Source: an uncultured Nitrospiraceae bacterium (GTDB lineage Bacteria; Nitrospirota; Thermodesulfovibrionia; Thermodesulfovibrionales; Dissulfurispiraceae). Taken from it: DNA of 64,000 nucleotides. The stretch lies in NCBI GenBank assembly GCA_963727805.1, contig CAVSHF010000003.1, forward strand, positions 832,001 to 896,000, in the 5' to 3' direction. Of the stretch, positions 1 through 10,129 are shown one piece after another. Under the pieces are notes generated by a model that saw only the letters and a list, made by a program, of their open reading frames with translations, was not told the origin of the DNA and did no database searches. Made by a program: the position numbers and the translations under genes. Numbering within the stretch: the stretch's first letter is position 1; each line of letters opens with the position of its first letter.

Positions 1-4
1 CGCA

Positions 5-634
5 ATGTTAATCATAATCCTTGGCGTGGGAACATTCTCAGCCGTCGTGGCAAATGCGACCGGTTTAGTGTTCAGCAGGAAGGTGCAGCAGTTCAGACGT
101 GAGAAACTTAATATGATGGTAGGCATTTTTTTCAGTGAAGTAGGCACACAGTTGTTGACGACAATAGCGCGCTGCGACTCAAGGGTTGGCGATATCAGGG
201 GGATACTACTGATCGACGGTACGTGGTCGCACAAAGAGTTCCAGAGAGCCCGGGACGCGGTAAGGGTTTACGATAGCGCTCTAGTGGTAGCTCCCGACGA
301 TCTCGAAAGAATGCGCGAATTCCTGCAGGGCAAGACGGACTTCTTCCTTCGTATATTCGAGAACCCTTATCTAACAGAGCACGAGACTTTCAGTGAACTC
401 CTCAGGGCTGTGATCCACGTCAAGGAAGAGCTCACGGCAAGGGCTGACCTTGCAGGGCTCCCCGACACCGATTACGACCATCTTGCCCACGATATTAAGA
501 GGGCGTATGGACTTCTCGTATATGAGTGGCTTGAATATATGGAGTATCTTTTGAAAATATACCCATACCTCTTCTCTCTCGCCATCAGGATGAACCCCTT
601 TGATGAAACCGCCTCGGTAGTTGTCAAGGGCTAG
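5..634 (+). CDS. 5'-truncated membrane protein, probably potassium-channel (Ion_trans_2-like) inner helix plus soluble C-terminal domain
   Basis: ORF runs from the window edge; hydrophobic LIIILGVGTFSAVVANAT resembles a K+ channel inner helix; the pore region is outside the window. Confidence 0.45.
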   Translation: MLIIILGVGTFSAVVANATGLVFSRKVQQFRREKLNMMVGIFFSEVGTQLLTTIARCDSRVGDIRGILLIDGTWSHKEFQRARDAVRVYDSALVVAPDDLERMREFLQGKTDFFLRIFENPYLTEHETFSELLRAVIHVKEELTARADLAGLPDTDYDHLAHDIKRAYGLLVYEWLEYMEYLLKIYPYLFSLAIRMNPFDETASVVVKG

Positions 635-930
635 CAGGTGTTAGGTGGCATGTCGAAGCCCAACGAAGCTACGACTAGCCACATGAACTTAGCGGTCACT
701 CTAGCATCTCAATAAATCAGTTTTCGGATAAGGGTTACGCATATCACGTGAGATTGGCCGATGCATGAGCGGTATGCCGGTTTTTTTGTTTTAGTTGTGT
801 TTCCCACTTTCATTTGAAGCCAGAGGATAGCGTTTCGATGCTAAGCCGATGGTTGACATAGCGAAAATAACCAATAATAAGTATTATAAAATTAGAATCT
901 ATTATAAACTGGGGCTGTTATACACAGAGG

Positions 931-1122
931 GTGAAGGGGGGGAGCTTGAGAACCCTTGAAATTCTCACTTTTATTTTTGTCCTTGGCTTATTAGGCCTAA
1001 GCTGGCCTCTGTTAGAGATATTCCGCTCAGAGTTGGTAGCATATCTGTTTCTATTCTGGCTCGCATTCATAATCTCAGTCGCATTTATTGTCTCAAAAAC
1101 TACTGGCTTTAAAAAGACTTAG
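931..1122 (+). CDS. small two-helix membrane protein upstream of the symporter-kinase
   Basis: 63 aa with two hydrophobic stretches; GAGG RBS; stop 8 bp before the next gene. Confidence 0.65.
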   Translation: MKGGSLRTLEILTFIFVLGLLGLSWPLLEIFRSELVAYLFLFWLAFIISVAFIVSKTTGFKKT

Positions 1123-1130
1123 GCACCGTC

Positions 1131-4097
1131 ATGTACGAAGCGTATAATCTTTTTGTAATAACCTGCTGCTATTTAACCCTCCTTTTATTTCTCGCATACT
1201 ATGCTGATAAAAAGGAGAAGATCGGCAAGAGCATTGTCAACAACCCTTACATCTATTCCCTGTCACTTGCAGTATACTGTACGTCCTGGACCTTTTACGG
1301 AAGCGTCGGTAAGGCGGCAACCTCTGGTCTGTCCTTTCTCCCTGTTTATTTAGGCCCTACCCTGATAGCAGCGTTATGGGTGATCCTTCTCAAAAGAATA
1401 GTAAAAATTGCCAAGATAAACGGGATTACCACGATATCTGATTTCATCAGTTCACGGTACGGGAAGTCCCTCTTCCTCAATGCTCTTGTGACCATGATAG
1501 CCGTTGCGGGGATAGCACCGTATATTGGCCTGCAAATTAAGGCGATAATCAGTACTTTTGAGATAATATCAGGCAAAACGACAGCAGGTATGACAGTAGG
1601 CCTTTTTGTCACACTTTTCCTGGGAATGTTTGCAATTATCTTTGGTGCGCGACGCCTCGATTTTTCAGAAAGACACAGCGGGCTCGTCTTTGCGATTGCC
1701 TTTGAGTCCATAATTAAATTACTAGCCTTTATTATCGTTGGACTCTTTGTAACTTACGGGTTATTCGAAGGTTTTGGCGATATTCTTTCCCGAATCAGGG
1801 AATCTGGATACTCCGAACTCCTTTATCTAGGAGCCGGGACTGATACTCCTTATTCTGAGTGGTTTGCGATTCTCTTTCTTTCCATGATGGCCATCATGTT
1901 TTTACCCCGACAATTTCATATGGCCGTTGTAGAAAATTATGACGAAGCCCATATCGCAAAAGCTGCCTGGCTCTTTCCACTGTACCTCTTCATGATAAAT
2001 ATTTTTGTGATCCCTATCGCCTTTGGTGGACTACTTCTCGGAGGCGCTGAGAAAGAGGCTGACTATTTCGTCCTTACCTTACCACTACATGGCGGAGCGA
2101 AATACCTCTCCCTTTTAGCGTTCATAGGTGGTTTTTCTGCAGCGACAAGCATGGTGATCGTTGAGTCTCTCGCCCTTAGCACCATGGTCATGAACAGTAT
2201 ATTCATGCCCCCACTTATTAGATTCCGGGAAGATCCAAGATTCCCGATCATTATTCTAAATATAAAACGATTGGTGATTCTTGGAGTTGTTCTCTCAGGG
2301 TATCTCTTCACCCATCTGATCGGTGAATTCAACAGTCTTGTAGATATGGGGCTCAAATCATTTGAAGCGGTGACGCTCTTTGCTCCTGCATTCCTGCTCG
2401 GCCTTTACTGGAAGGGTGGCAATAAAAAAGGAGCCATCGCCGGCCTTATTGCCGGTTTTGCTATCTTATCCTATACCCTCATCATGCCTGCTCTGATCAG
2501 GGCAGGGATTTTACACAATGAGGGCATAATACAACGTTTGATCACCTCAGAGATATTCGATCCGAATAATCTCTTTGGAATAAAAGGACTGGGGAAGTGG
2601 GGGCATGCCCTCTTCTGGAGTATGTTTTTCAACTTGGGATTGTACGTTGGGATTTCACTTCTCACCAAACGGTCAAGGGAAGAGGAGATACAATCACTAC
2701 TGTTCGTCGAGTCTTATGAAAAAGTGAAGGGACTGGGCTCCAGTGGATCATATACTTACAATGATGTTGAGGATATCCTTGCACAGTATCTTGGCAGGCA
2801 ACAGGCAAGAGATGTGATTGAGGACTTTTTGTTTCGCAAAAAAAAGAGGAAAGAGGATCTCACTCCAAAAAACCTCTCGGAACTACGCGGCGAAGCAGAA
2901 AAGGTGCTTTCTGGCGCTATAGGGTGGTCTATGGCAACAATTATTTTTAAAGACAAATTTGTGTTAACTGAGAAAGAGCGAGAAGAAATCTCTGAATCCG
3001 TGAAGCAAATTGCCCAGAGCCTGACGCTTTCACGTCATGAACTTGCAGAGGCTAATCGAGAATTATCGTATCTGAAGGAATTCACTGAAAACATCATCGA
3101 GAGTACTCCCGTGGGTATTATCACCATCGATTCCTTGCTGAAAGTCAAATACTGGAATAAGGGAATGGAGGCAATGGTCGGAATCGAAAAATCAAGCGCC
3201 TCAGAAAAGTCCATACTCACGTTACTTCCCTGGATGCCAGAGGATTTTATTAAGCCGAATGAACAACGCGACATTATCTGCCAGACACCCGATTACAAAT
3301 CATTTAAAATATTTACAAGCCCATTTAAGGACCCATCAGGTGGCTATGTGGTCATTATAGAGGATATTACCGGGCAGCAGCGATTGGAGAGGGAACGAAA
3401 AAACATCCTCTCTATGTTTGCTCATGATATGAAGAATCCCGTGATGATAGCAGGTGGTTTTTTATCGAGACTGCGTTCCTGCAAGGGAAGTTCTCTTTCG
3501 GAAATGCAGCAGGAATATCTCGATATAACAACCGATGAACTAAATAAACTGGAGGAACTGGTGCATGATTTCCTTGAATTCTCGAGATTTGAGGCAAAAA
3601 CATGCAAACCCGTGATTATCATATTTGATCTAGACATTAGTTTATCAAAACTTATTGATGCTGAAAAAGTAGAAGCAGACAAAAAAAATATTGCTATCCT
3701 GTGCGATAAAGAGCCAGAGCAAGCCTCTTTTTTTGTAAATGCGGATTCTGCAATGATCACCCGGGTTTTTACCAATCTTGTTGACAATGCGATAAGATAT
3801 ACCAATCCTGGAGGGAGGATTACCATTAGACTTTCTGAAAGAAAGGACGATATCCTGGTGCAAGTGATTGACACTGGGGCGGGCATCCCTGAAAAGCATA
3901 TTCCCTATATTTTCGACGCATTCTACCGCGCGAGCAGAGACACAAGTGGCTCGGGACTGGGTTTATCTATTGCAAAAACAATTGTTGAGGCACACGGGGG
4001 CAGGATATGGGTTGCAAGTACTCCAGGCGAGGGCAGTACATTTAATTTTACTCTGCCCAAACACCGAAATAACACTGAAATTCAAAATACCACCTGA
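1131..4097 (+). CDS. Na+/solute symporter (SLC5)-STAC-PAS histidine kinase, CbrA/CrbS-like, no C-terminal REC
   Basis: YSLSLAVYCTSWTFYGSVG and LPRQFH SLC5-kinase motifs; PAS region; H-box FAHDMKNP; NLVDNAIRY; GSGLGL. Confidence 0.92.
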   Translation: MYEAYNLFVITCCYLTLLLFLAYYADKKEKIGKSIVNNPYIYSLSLAVYCTSWTFYGSVGKAATSGLSFLPVYLGPTLIAALWVILLKRIVKIAKINGITTISDFISSRYGKSLFLNALVTMIAVAGIAPYIGLQIKAIISTFEIISGKTTAGMTVGLFVTLFLGMFAIIFGARRLDFSERHSGLVFAIAFESIIKLLAFIIVGLFVTYGLFEGFGDILSRIRESGYSELLYLGAGTDTPYSEWFAILFLSMMAIMFLPRQFHMAVVENYDEAHIAKAAWLFPLYLFMINIFVIPIAFGGLLLGGAEKEADYFVLTLPLHGGAKYLSLLAFIGGFSAATSMVIVESLALSTMVMNSIFMPPLIRFREDPRFPIIILNIKRLVILGVVLSGYLFTHLIGEFNSLVDMGLKSFEAVTLFAPAFLLGLYWKGGNKKGAIAGLIAGFAILSYTLIMPALIRAGILHNEGIIQRLITSEIFDPNNLFGIKGLGKWGHALFWSMFFNLGLYVGISLLTKRSREEEIQSLLFVESYEKVKGLGSSGSYTYNDVEDILAQYLGRQQARDVIEDFLFRKKKRKEDLTPKNLSELRGEAEKVLSGAIGWSMATIIFKDKFVLTEKEREEISESVKQIAQSLTLSRHELAEANRELSYLKEFTENIIESTPVGIITIDSLLKVKYWNKGMEAMVGIEKSSASEKSILTLLPWMPEDFIKPNEQRDIICQTPDYKSFKIFTSPFKDPSGGYVVIIEDITGQQRLERERKNILSMFAHDMKNPVMIAGGFLSRLRSCKGSSLSEMQQEYLDITTDELNKLEELVHDFLEFSRFEAKTCKPVIIIFDLDISLSKLIDAEKVEADKKNIAILCDKEPEQASFFVNADSAMITRVFTNLVDNAIRYTNPGGRITIRLSERKDDILVQVIDTGAGIPEKHIPYIFDAFYRASRDTSGSGLGLSIAKTIVEAHGGRIWVASTPGEGSTFNFTLPKHRNNTEIQNTT

Positions 4098-4825
4098 CAG
4101 GGAATCCCTTCACTTTCAAATGCTATTGTCAATTCCTCTCCTTTTTGAGAAAAAAAGCTGTCTTCCATGGCCCACTGCATCCCATATCTCTTGTATGCCC
4201 AATCTGCGTAATGATAGTTCAACCTGTCAAGGATAACATACTGCACCTTATCTTCAAGGGCGCTGACCAACCCATCGACCCCTGGAAGGATCGGAGCGAT
4301 CATGGCAAAGGTTTTAATCCCTTCCAAACGAAGTTCCGCCAGGGCCTCAATCCTTTTCCTCAATGGTGCAGCCCCTGGTTCGAAAATCCTCCTTATCTTT
4401 TCATCCGCCGTAGTTAGGGTGAATCCAACCTCAGCATCGTTCGCTCTCTTCAGTATTTCGATGTCCCTTAATACAAGAGCTGATTTAGTCTGAACGGTGA
4501 AAGGCCAACCTTTTTCTACCAGGATCTCAAGACATCTCCTCGTAAGCATATATCCCTTTTCCACAGGTTGATAGGGATCGCACACACCGCTTATCCACAC
4601 CCGTCCGACCTTTTTTTTCTTAATCTCATCAGCGAGGAGTTCAGGGGCATTTATTTTTATATCTACAAACTCTCCCCAACTCTCCCTGTGCCCTGTAAAC
4701 CTCTTCATGAATTTCGCATAGCAGTAGAGACAACTATGTTGGCAGCCAACATACGGGTTTAGTGCATATTCGTAGACCTGTGACCTAGACAGAACACTCT
4801 TCGCCTTTATCTCCTTAATCTTCAT
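4082..4825 (-). CDS. radical SAM protein, SplB/DNA-repair-photolyase-like family
   Basis: NPYVGCQHSCLYCYA CxxxCxxC motif; CDPYQP and TKS motifs. Confidence 0.88.
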   Translation of the reverse strand: MKIKEIKAKSVLSRSQVYEYALNPYVGCQHSCLYCYAKFMKRFTGHRESWGEFVDIKINAPELLADEIKKKKVGRVWISGVCDPYQPVEKGYMLTRRCLEILVEKGWPFTVQTKSALVLRDIEILKRANDAEVGFTLTTADEKIRRIFEPGAAPLRKRIEALAELRLEGIKTFAMIAPILPGVDGLVSALEDKVQYVILDRLNYHYADWAYKRYGMQWAMEDSFFSQKGEELTIAFESEGIPCQVVF

Positions 4826-4953
4826 ATCGCATATTTTATCATGGTTCGAATGTTCTCACTATCAGTGCTCATAGATTGTGAAAAGCACATGAGGAAGTCT
4901 TTAAGGGATTTATTCGACTGCATTCACGCCCTCCATGGGGATGTGGAAGACTG

Positions 4954-5937
4954 CTATTGTGACCTGCCTTCGATCTCGGCGATATCTTTAACGCTGAGTT
5001 GCAAATCCGCGGCATGCATAACACCATCTACCTGCTTCGAGCTCCGCGCACCGACAATCGCTCCAGTCACTGCGGGATTATTAAGCGTCCATGCAATGGC
5101 CACCTCGCCAGGAGTGCGACCGAGACGACTGCCCACTATCCGAAGCCGTTCGACAAGGGCCAAATTCCGAGATAGGTTCGGTTCATTGAATTCGGGGCTG
5201 CGTTTCCGCCAGTCGTTATCAGAGAGGTTAGCCGCTCGTTCTGCCGTCATGGCACCCGTGAGGAGCCCCGATGCCATAGGAGCGTATACTATCACACCAA
5301 GCTCATGCTGCTTGCAATACGGCAGAATCTCCGTTTCGATTCCGCGTCGGATAAGTGAGTAAGGCGGCTGAAGAGAGGTAAGTTCTGAAATTACCCGTAT
5401 CCGCTCCATCTGAGATACATTGAAGTTCGAAACGCCAATCCAACGCACTTTGCCTTCTTTTTTGAGTGCGGCCAGCGTGGCCCATCCCTCTTCTAGCTCT
5501 GCATCCATTTCCGGTGGCCAATGGACCTGGTAGAGGTCAATAACGTTGACGCGCAGCCTGCGCAAGCTAGCTTCACACTCCTGCCGGATCGATTCGGCTG
5601 TGAGCTTTCTGGAAAGTCGCCCCTGAACATCCCATTTCAATCCGCACTTCGTGAAAACAAAGGGCCGCGGGCCGTTCCATACTTCGATCGCACGAGCTAC
5701 GACTTCCTCGGCGTGGCCCAGACCATAGACCGCGGCAGTGTCGATCCAGTTCACTCCCAATTCAAGGGCATGTCGGATCGCAGCGATTGAGTCGTTATCA
5801 TTCTGAGGCCCCCAGGCATACTCCCACCCTGAGCCTCCGATGGCCCAAGACCCATAGCCTACCGTCGTAATCATAAGGTCCGAGTTGCCCAGTTTTCTAA
5901 TTTGCATGGTGTTATCCCACACGAACACTTTCTCCAT
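4954..5937 (-). CDS. aldo/keto reductase
   Basis: IDTAAVYG, DLYQVHWP, IGVSNF, QPPYSL motifs. Confidence 0.93.
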   Translation of the reverse strand: MEKVFVWDNTMQIRKLGNSDLMITTVGYGSWAIGGSGWEYAWGPQNDNDSIAAIRHALELGVNWIDTAAVYGLGHAEEVVARAIEVWNGPRPFVFTKCGLKWDVQGRLSRKLTAESIRQECEASLRRLRVNVIDLYQVHWPPEMDAELEEGWATLAALKKEGKVRWIGVSNFNVSQMERIRVISELTSLQPPYSLIRRGIETEILPYCKQHELGVIVYAPMASGLLTGAMTAERAANLSDNDWRKRSPEFNEPNLSRNLALVERLRIVGSRLGRTPGEVAIAWTLNNPAVTGAIVGARSSKQVDGVMHAADLQLSVKDIAEIEGRSQ

Positions 5938-6048
5938 CGCTTATCTCCATCCTAAAACCTCTCCAGTCAGAATGTTTCTGACAAACAGTTTAACAGTTTG
6001 ACGTGGATGGTAAAAGAGAGTGCATGTTGCCCTCACGAGATCAATTGT

Positions 6049-6081
6049 AAAAGGGGCAAGGCTAATGGCCTTGCCCCTTTT
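6049..6081. terminator. intrinsic terminator downstream of the repeat protein
   Basis: AAAAGGGGCAAGGC-TAATG-GCCTTGCCCCTTTT inverted repeat. Confidence 0.8.
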
Positions 6082-6099
6082 AACCTGAGAAGAATCAGC

Positions 6100-7857
6100 T
6101 TATTTTACGATTGGCTTGTCACCTGCCGCTCCAAAAGTCATCAAAGAATCAATCCCCGGGTCCCAAGCACCATTTCCATTGGTATCGACGTACCAAGTAC
6201 CGTTTCTGAAGACGCCAATCTTGGACTTTCCATCACCATTCCAGTCGCCGACAACAGGAATATCTCCGGCCGCACCTAAGAGAATAGTAGAATCACCGGC
6301 ATCCCATGCATTGTCCCCGTTATAATCGAGATACCAGGTGCCGTTTCTGAATACACCGATCTTGGTTTTTCCGTTGCCATCCCAGTCGCCGACAACAGGG
6401 ATATCTCCGGCCATGCCGAAGAGAATAGTAGAATCACCGGCATCCCATGCGTTGTCCCCGTTATAATCGAGATACCAGGTGCCGTTTCTGAATACACCGA
6501 TCTTGGTTTTTCCGTTGCCATTCCAGTCGCCGACAACAGGGATATCTCCGGCCATGCCGAAGGAAACCGCTACATCAATACCCGGATCCCATGCATTATT
6601 GCCGTTCATATCAAGATACCAGGTGCCGTTTCTGAAGACACCGATCTTTTTCGTGCCCGTGCCGTTCCAATCGCCGACAACCGGTATGTCGCCGGCTATA
6701 CCAAAGAGGCCGATAGTGTCCGCACTAGCATCCCATGTGCCGTTTTGATGCATATCCATGTACCACATACCGTTTCTGAAGACACCTCTATATACACCTG
6801 TATACGATTGGCTGACGGTTATCGAAACCGTAGCGTTCCTGCTTTTCGACACATTGCCAGCTGCATCCTTAGCCCAGGCATACAAGGTCCTACTGCCTGC
6901 TGCAGAGGTAGCATGCGATGTGGGAGCGGTTGTTGACCAACCTGCGGCTGAGGCAGCAGGCGCAGTGGCAGTCTCCGTAACCATATATCCGGTTACTGCA
7001 ACGTTATCCGTGGCAGTAAAAAGAGTAATAGGAACATTGAGGGAAGCAGCAGTGGAAGGTATAGTGAATCCAGTCACTGTGGGAGGAGTAGTGTCACTGG
7101 TGGTTATGGTGATGGTAACAGAAGCACTACGACTGGTCGACACATTGCCGGCCGCATCCTTGGCCCACGCATAGAGGGTCTTGCTACCTGCTGTTGAAAA
7201 GGTATAAGAAGTCGGGACAGTTGACGACCATCCCGCGGCGGTGGCCAAAGGTTTGGTTGCAGATTCGCTGACCATGTAACCAGTCACAGCGACATTGTCT
7301 GTGGCAATGAAGCTGTTAATTGCGACAGTCAGAGAAGAGGAAGTTGCCGGGATAGTGAAAGCCGTTACTGTCGGGGCGGTAGTATCGGAAACCGCCGATT
7401 CTGTTTTTGCAACTTCGTTGGAATAGGCACTCTCGATTCCAGCTGTATCAGAAGCGGTAGCGACGAAATAATAAGTGGTGCCGCTAGTCAAATTATTGAA
7501 AGTATAGGATGTTACATTGCCGGTATTAATTGAACTGGTGTAATTTCCTGAAGCGGTCCCATAATAAATCTTAAACCCTGCAAGATCTGTCAGGGTCGTG
7601 CCGTCAGTGTTAGTAGTCGGTGCGGTCCAGGTAAGGGTCGTTGACGAAAAGACATCCTCAGCTGTAATTGACATCATAATTATAACCAGGATCAATAATG
7701 CTAATGCGGTGCGCAAAAAAACGAATGATGACGCGGACAGCATTCTCTTTCCCATAGTACTTGTTTTTAACGTTGCGATTTTCCGAGATAGCATGATAAT
7801 GTTTGCACTCTTTTTGACATTGTCTAAGACTGATTCATGTTTCCTCACTTTGTGCAT
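6100..7857 (-). CDS. secreted/surface protein: FN3 domain, two Ig-like repeats, C-terminal FG-GAP-like (GDIPVVGDWNG) repeats
   Basis: AGGAGG RBS before ATG 7857; hydrophobic segment; LTWTAP..GFKIYYG..YYFVATA FN3; repeated DTTAPTV..TDNVAVTGY..YAWAKDAAGNVS; about 5 GVFRNGTWY repeats. Confidence 0.85.
   Translation of the reverse strand: MHKVRKHESVLDNVKKSANIIMLSRKIATLKTSTMGKRMLSASSFVFLRTALALLILVIIMMSITAEDVFSSTTLTWTAPTTNTDGTTLTDLAGFKIYYGTASGNYTSSINTGNVTSYTFNNLTSGTTYYFVATASDTAGIESAYSNEVAKTESAVSDTTAPTVTAFTIPATSSSLTVAINSFIATDNVAVTGYMVSESATKPLATAAGWSSTVPTSYTFSTAGSKTLYAWAKDAAGNVSTSRSASVTITITTSDTTPPTVTGFTIPSTAASLNVPITLFTATDNVAVTGYMVTETATAPAASAAGWSTTAPTSHATSAAGSRTLYAWAKDAAGNVSKSRNATVSITVSQSYTGVYRGVFRNGMWYMDMHQNGTWDASADTIGLFGIAGDIPVVGDWNGTGTKKIGVFRNGTWYLDMNGNNAWDPGIDVAVSFGMAGDIPVVGDWNGNGKTKIGVFRNGTWYLDYNGDNAWDAGDSTILFGMAGDIPVVGDWDGNGKTKIGVFRNGTWYLDYNGDNAWDAGDSTILLGAAGDIPVVGDWNGDGKSKIGVFRNGTWYVDTNGNGAWDPGIDSLMTFGAAGDKPIVK
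6281..6562. repeat. 141-bp near-identical tandem coding repeat (47 aa)
   Basis: units start at 6281 and 6422 (agaatagtagaatcaccggcatccc...) with only a few substitutions. Confidence 0.85.
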
Positions 7858-7898
7858 TGTTCCTCCTTCTGCATCTTTCACTAATTTGTTCGAGCGTC

Positions 7899-7937
7899 AA
7901 AAAAAACGCCTACTCCCTCATCCGAAAGGGTAGGCGC
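7899..7937 (-). terminator. riboswitch expression-platform terminator
   Basis: minus strand GCGCCUAC..GUAGGCG followed by U8, between the aptamer and the start codon. Confidence 0.8.
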
Positions 7938-7957
7938 CCATAACTTTGTCGAAACAT

Positions 7958-8045
7958 CGTACTGGCAGACCGGCAATCCCTCACTTCCCAAGGACCCGTA
8001 TCTTTGCGCCCCACCCTTGCGGACAGTTTGCCTTTTTTCAGAGAC
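7958..8045 (-). ncRNA. c-di-GMP-I (GEMM-I) riboswitch
   Basis: minus strand aaGGCAAACuguccGCAAgggugGGGCGCAAAGauacGGGUCC...GGAUUGCCGGucUGCCA matches the GEMM-I consensus with a GNRA loop; G at the position-20 equivalent. Confidence 0.9.
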
Positions 8046-8708
8046 CGATATTATTAAAGAACTTTGTTTTTTAAATTGCTACCAAACTTCGTCTAGTATA
8101 AATCTGGTTTATTAAGCTTTAATGAAAACTTTATTAATATTTCTTCATGAATATTTCTTCATTATCACTTTCATGTGATTGAAGAATGAGAATATCTCTC
8201 TTGCCGCTTCGCATTGAATATTATGGTTCAAGGCTTCAGGATGGAAAGATATTAAGGTATCTCCAGATTAATGAGACATGTCTGTGGAAACTCGTATGAT
8301 GTCGGTCACAGCAGAAAATAAGACCGCCGTTATTCAAAAATATCCCTCAGATGCTATATGGATAGTTTTGGGGATTCATTGATAATCGGAGAGGCAAAGC
8401 TGATGAGTTCTTTGCAACCCACGCTCTTCTAATGAAGATAAAGGGCTTGCAATGCTACAGAGGGATGTTCCTTTCGTAAATATTATCATTCACGCCTATT
8501 GTTTTCGAAAGTCTTCAGATCTTGAGATTTGACGAAGCGTCGAGTTTTTTTGAAAATAAGCACTTATCCTAATGAAGTATCAATGAAATTTATTTCATAA
8601 ATCCTTCATTTAATTTTCATAATCTAATTTTATGATTAAAGCATACGAGGATCAGCTAGGATGTGTTCCTCGAAAATTAGAATCTCAATCAAAAAGGAGG
8701 TGAAGTAG

Positions 8709-8965
8709 ATGAAGAAGGTTCTTGCCATAGTTGTAGCAGTTATTTTTATCTAGGACTTGCATCATTTGGTTTTGCGGCAGGTCTTGAGAAGTGTGAAAAG
8801 TGCCATAAGGGAGATAAAGCCCCAGACAAGATGATTGCAAAGGCAAAAGTCGTAACGGCTGCTGACCTGATGAAGACCTTAAGAGAAGGGCCGAAGAAAG
8901 GCATGCACAAGCCACTGGCAGACGAAGATATTAGCGGTGCCGCAGCAGCACTGGGATTGAAATAA
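8709..8965 (+). pseudogene. small monoheme cytochrome c with a 1-bp frameshift in the signal peptide
   Basis: AAGGAGG RBS; MKKVLAIVVAVIFI then TAG at 8751; the shifted frame continues LGLASFGFAAGLEKCEKCHK...GMHK...LGLK*; length 257 bp. Confidence 0.8.
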
Positions 8966-8983
8966 TTATCAAGCCCCCCTCCT

Positions 8984-9023
8984 AAGCACGTCGGCCCTCC
9001 CCCAAGAGCCGGCGTGCTTTTTT
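8984..9023 (+). terminator. intrinsic terminator
   Basis: AAGCACGTCGGC...GCCGGCGTGCTT followed by a T-run. Confidence 0.75.
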
Positions 9024-9235
9024 CTATAAACTATACCCAATATGGCATTGCAGGAATGAAAGATTTGTAATGTGTACAACACAATTATAAGCGTTGCCAT
9101 ATCCATCCCTGCGCGGATGGAGTCGAGACATCCACTGTGTATTTCTGTTACATGCTTGGCAATCAAATTTCTTTTTTATTTTCCTATCACTGCGTATGCA
9201 GATCATCCGATGAAATGCCCAAGGCTTCCCCTCTC

Positions 9236-9985
9236 TCAAATTCCGACTATCAGACGGAGAAGGCGCTGGCGAGTTGATATGGAAGAAAGGGCAAAGCCGT
9301 CCATAACCGCCCGCGGGTCGGCGAACGTGCCGAACATCCTGTCCCAGATTGTCAGAACGAATCCCAAGTTCTTGCCAGAAAGTCCATGAGCACCGTGATG
9401 TATTCGGTGATAGTTCGGCGTGATAAGCAGCCATTGCAGAGGCCCCAGGTTCACCGAAATATTTGTATGGATCCAGACATTCACCACTACACCCATGGAG
9501 AGTGCTATGCCTGCGTCCAAAGCAGTAAGCTGAAACACATAATATCCGAGCAGAATTTGGGGCGCCGCAAAAAGGAGCAGATGGGTCATGCTAGTTCTTG
9601 ACCCTGAAAGCCACCAGAGTTGATCGATGGAGTGATGAAAGGCATGGGTGAGCCAGAGGATCCTCTTTCTGTGCATGCCTCTGTGGACCCAGTAGAGGCA
9701 AAAGTCCGCTGCGATTAGCCCCATTAAAATCCTTAGCACACCGGGGACGCTCGTCATGCTATTAATAGTAACAAAGCTCGTTATGTTCAGCGCGTTGAAT
9801 GCTGTTATAAGTATAGGTTTCCATAACTCACCTGCAAATATTACTACAAGCAACGCTGTTATATTCAGTCCGAGGTTGTGCAAACGGTTCACCGGAAAGC
9901 GCGGCCACCGCCGTTCAGCGAAATCGAGTATCCCTATGGTGAAAACAAACGTGATAACTTGATAAAATAATTCCTTTGTGATCAT
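9236..9985 (-). CDS. sterol desaturase / fatty acid hydroxylase family protein
   Basis: His boxes YWVHRGMH, HAFHHS, HTN, HRIHH; WDRMFGT. Confidence 0.9.
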   Translation of the reverse strand: MITKELFYQVITFVFTIGILDFAERRWPRFPVNRLHNLGLNITALLVVIFAGELWKPILITAFNALNITSFVTINSMTSVPGVLRILMGLIAADFCLYWVHRGMHRKRILWLTHAFHHSIDQLWWLSGSRTSMTHLLLFAAPQILLGYYVFQLTALDAGIALSMGVVVNVWIHTNISVNLGPLQWLLITPNYHRIHHGAHGLSGKNLGFVLTIWDRMFGTFADPRAVMDGFALSSISTRQRLLRLIVGI

Positions 9986-10129
9986 TGTTAAATTCTATTC
10001 AAAAGGCAGCTCTTTTCCAAGTAATCATCGACAACTCCGTCAAATGTCACCTGCAGTTTACGTCGACGTAGTTAGGATGAGAGTTATTTTGCCGCGGCAA
10101 ATGTCATCAATATAAGTTATTATTTTAAG

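Noticed and set aside
6116..6780. Repeats as CRISPR or DGR template/variable pair
   Set aside because: In-frame coding repeats with few, apparently synonymous differences; no reverse transcriptase nearby
7958..8045. cGAMP-selective GEMM-Ib variant
   Set aside because: The position-20 equivalent is G (GGCAAAC), not A
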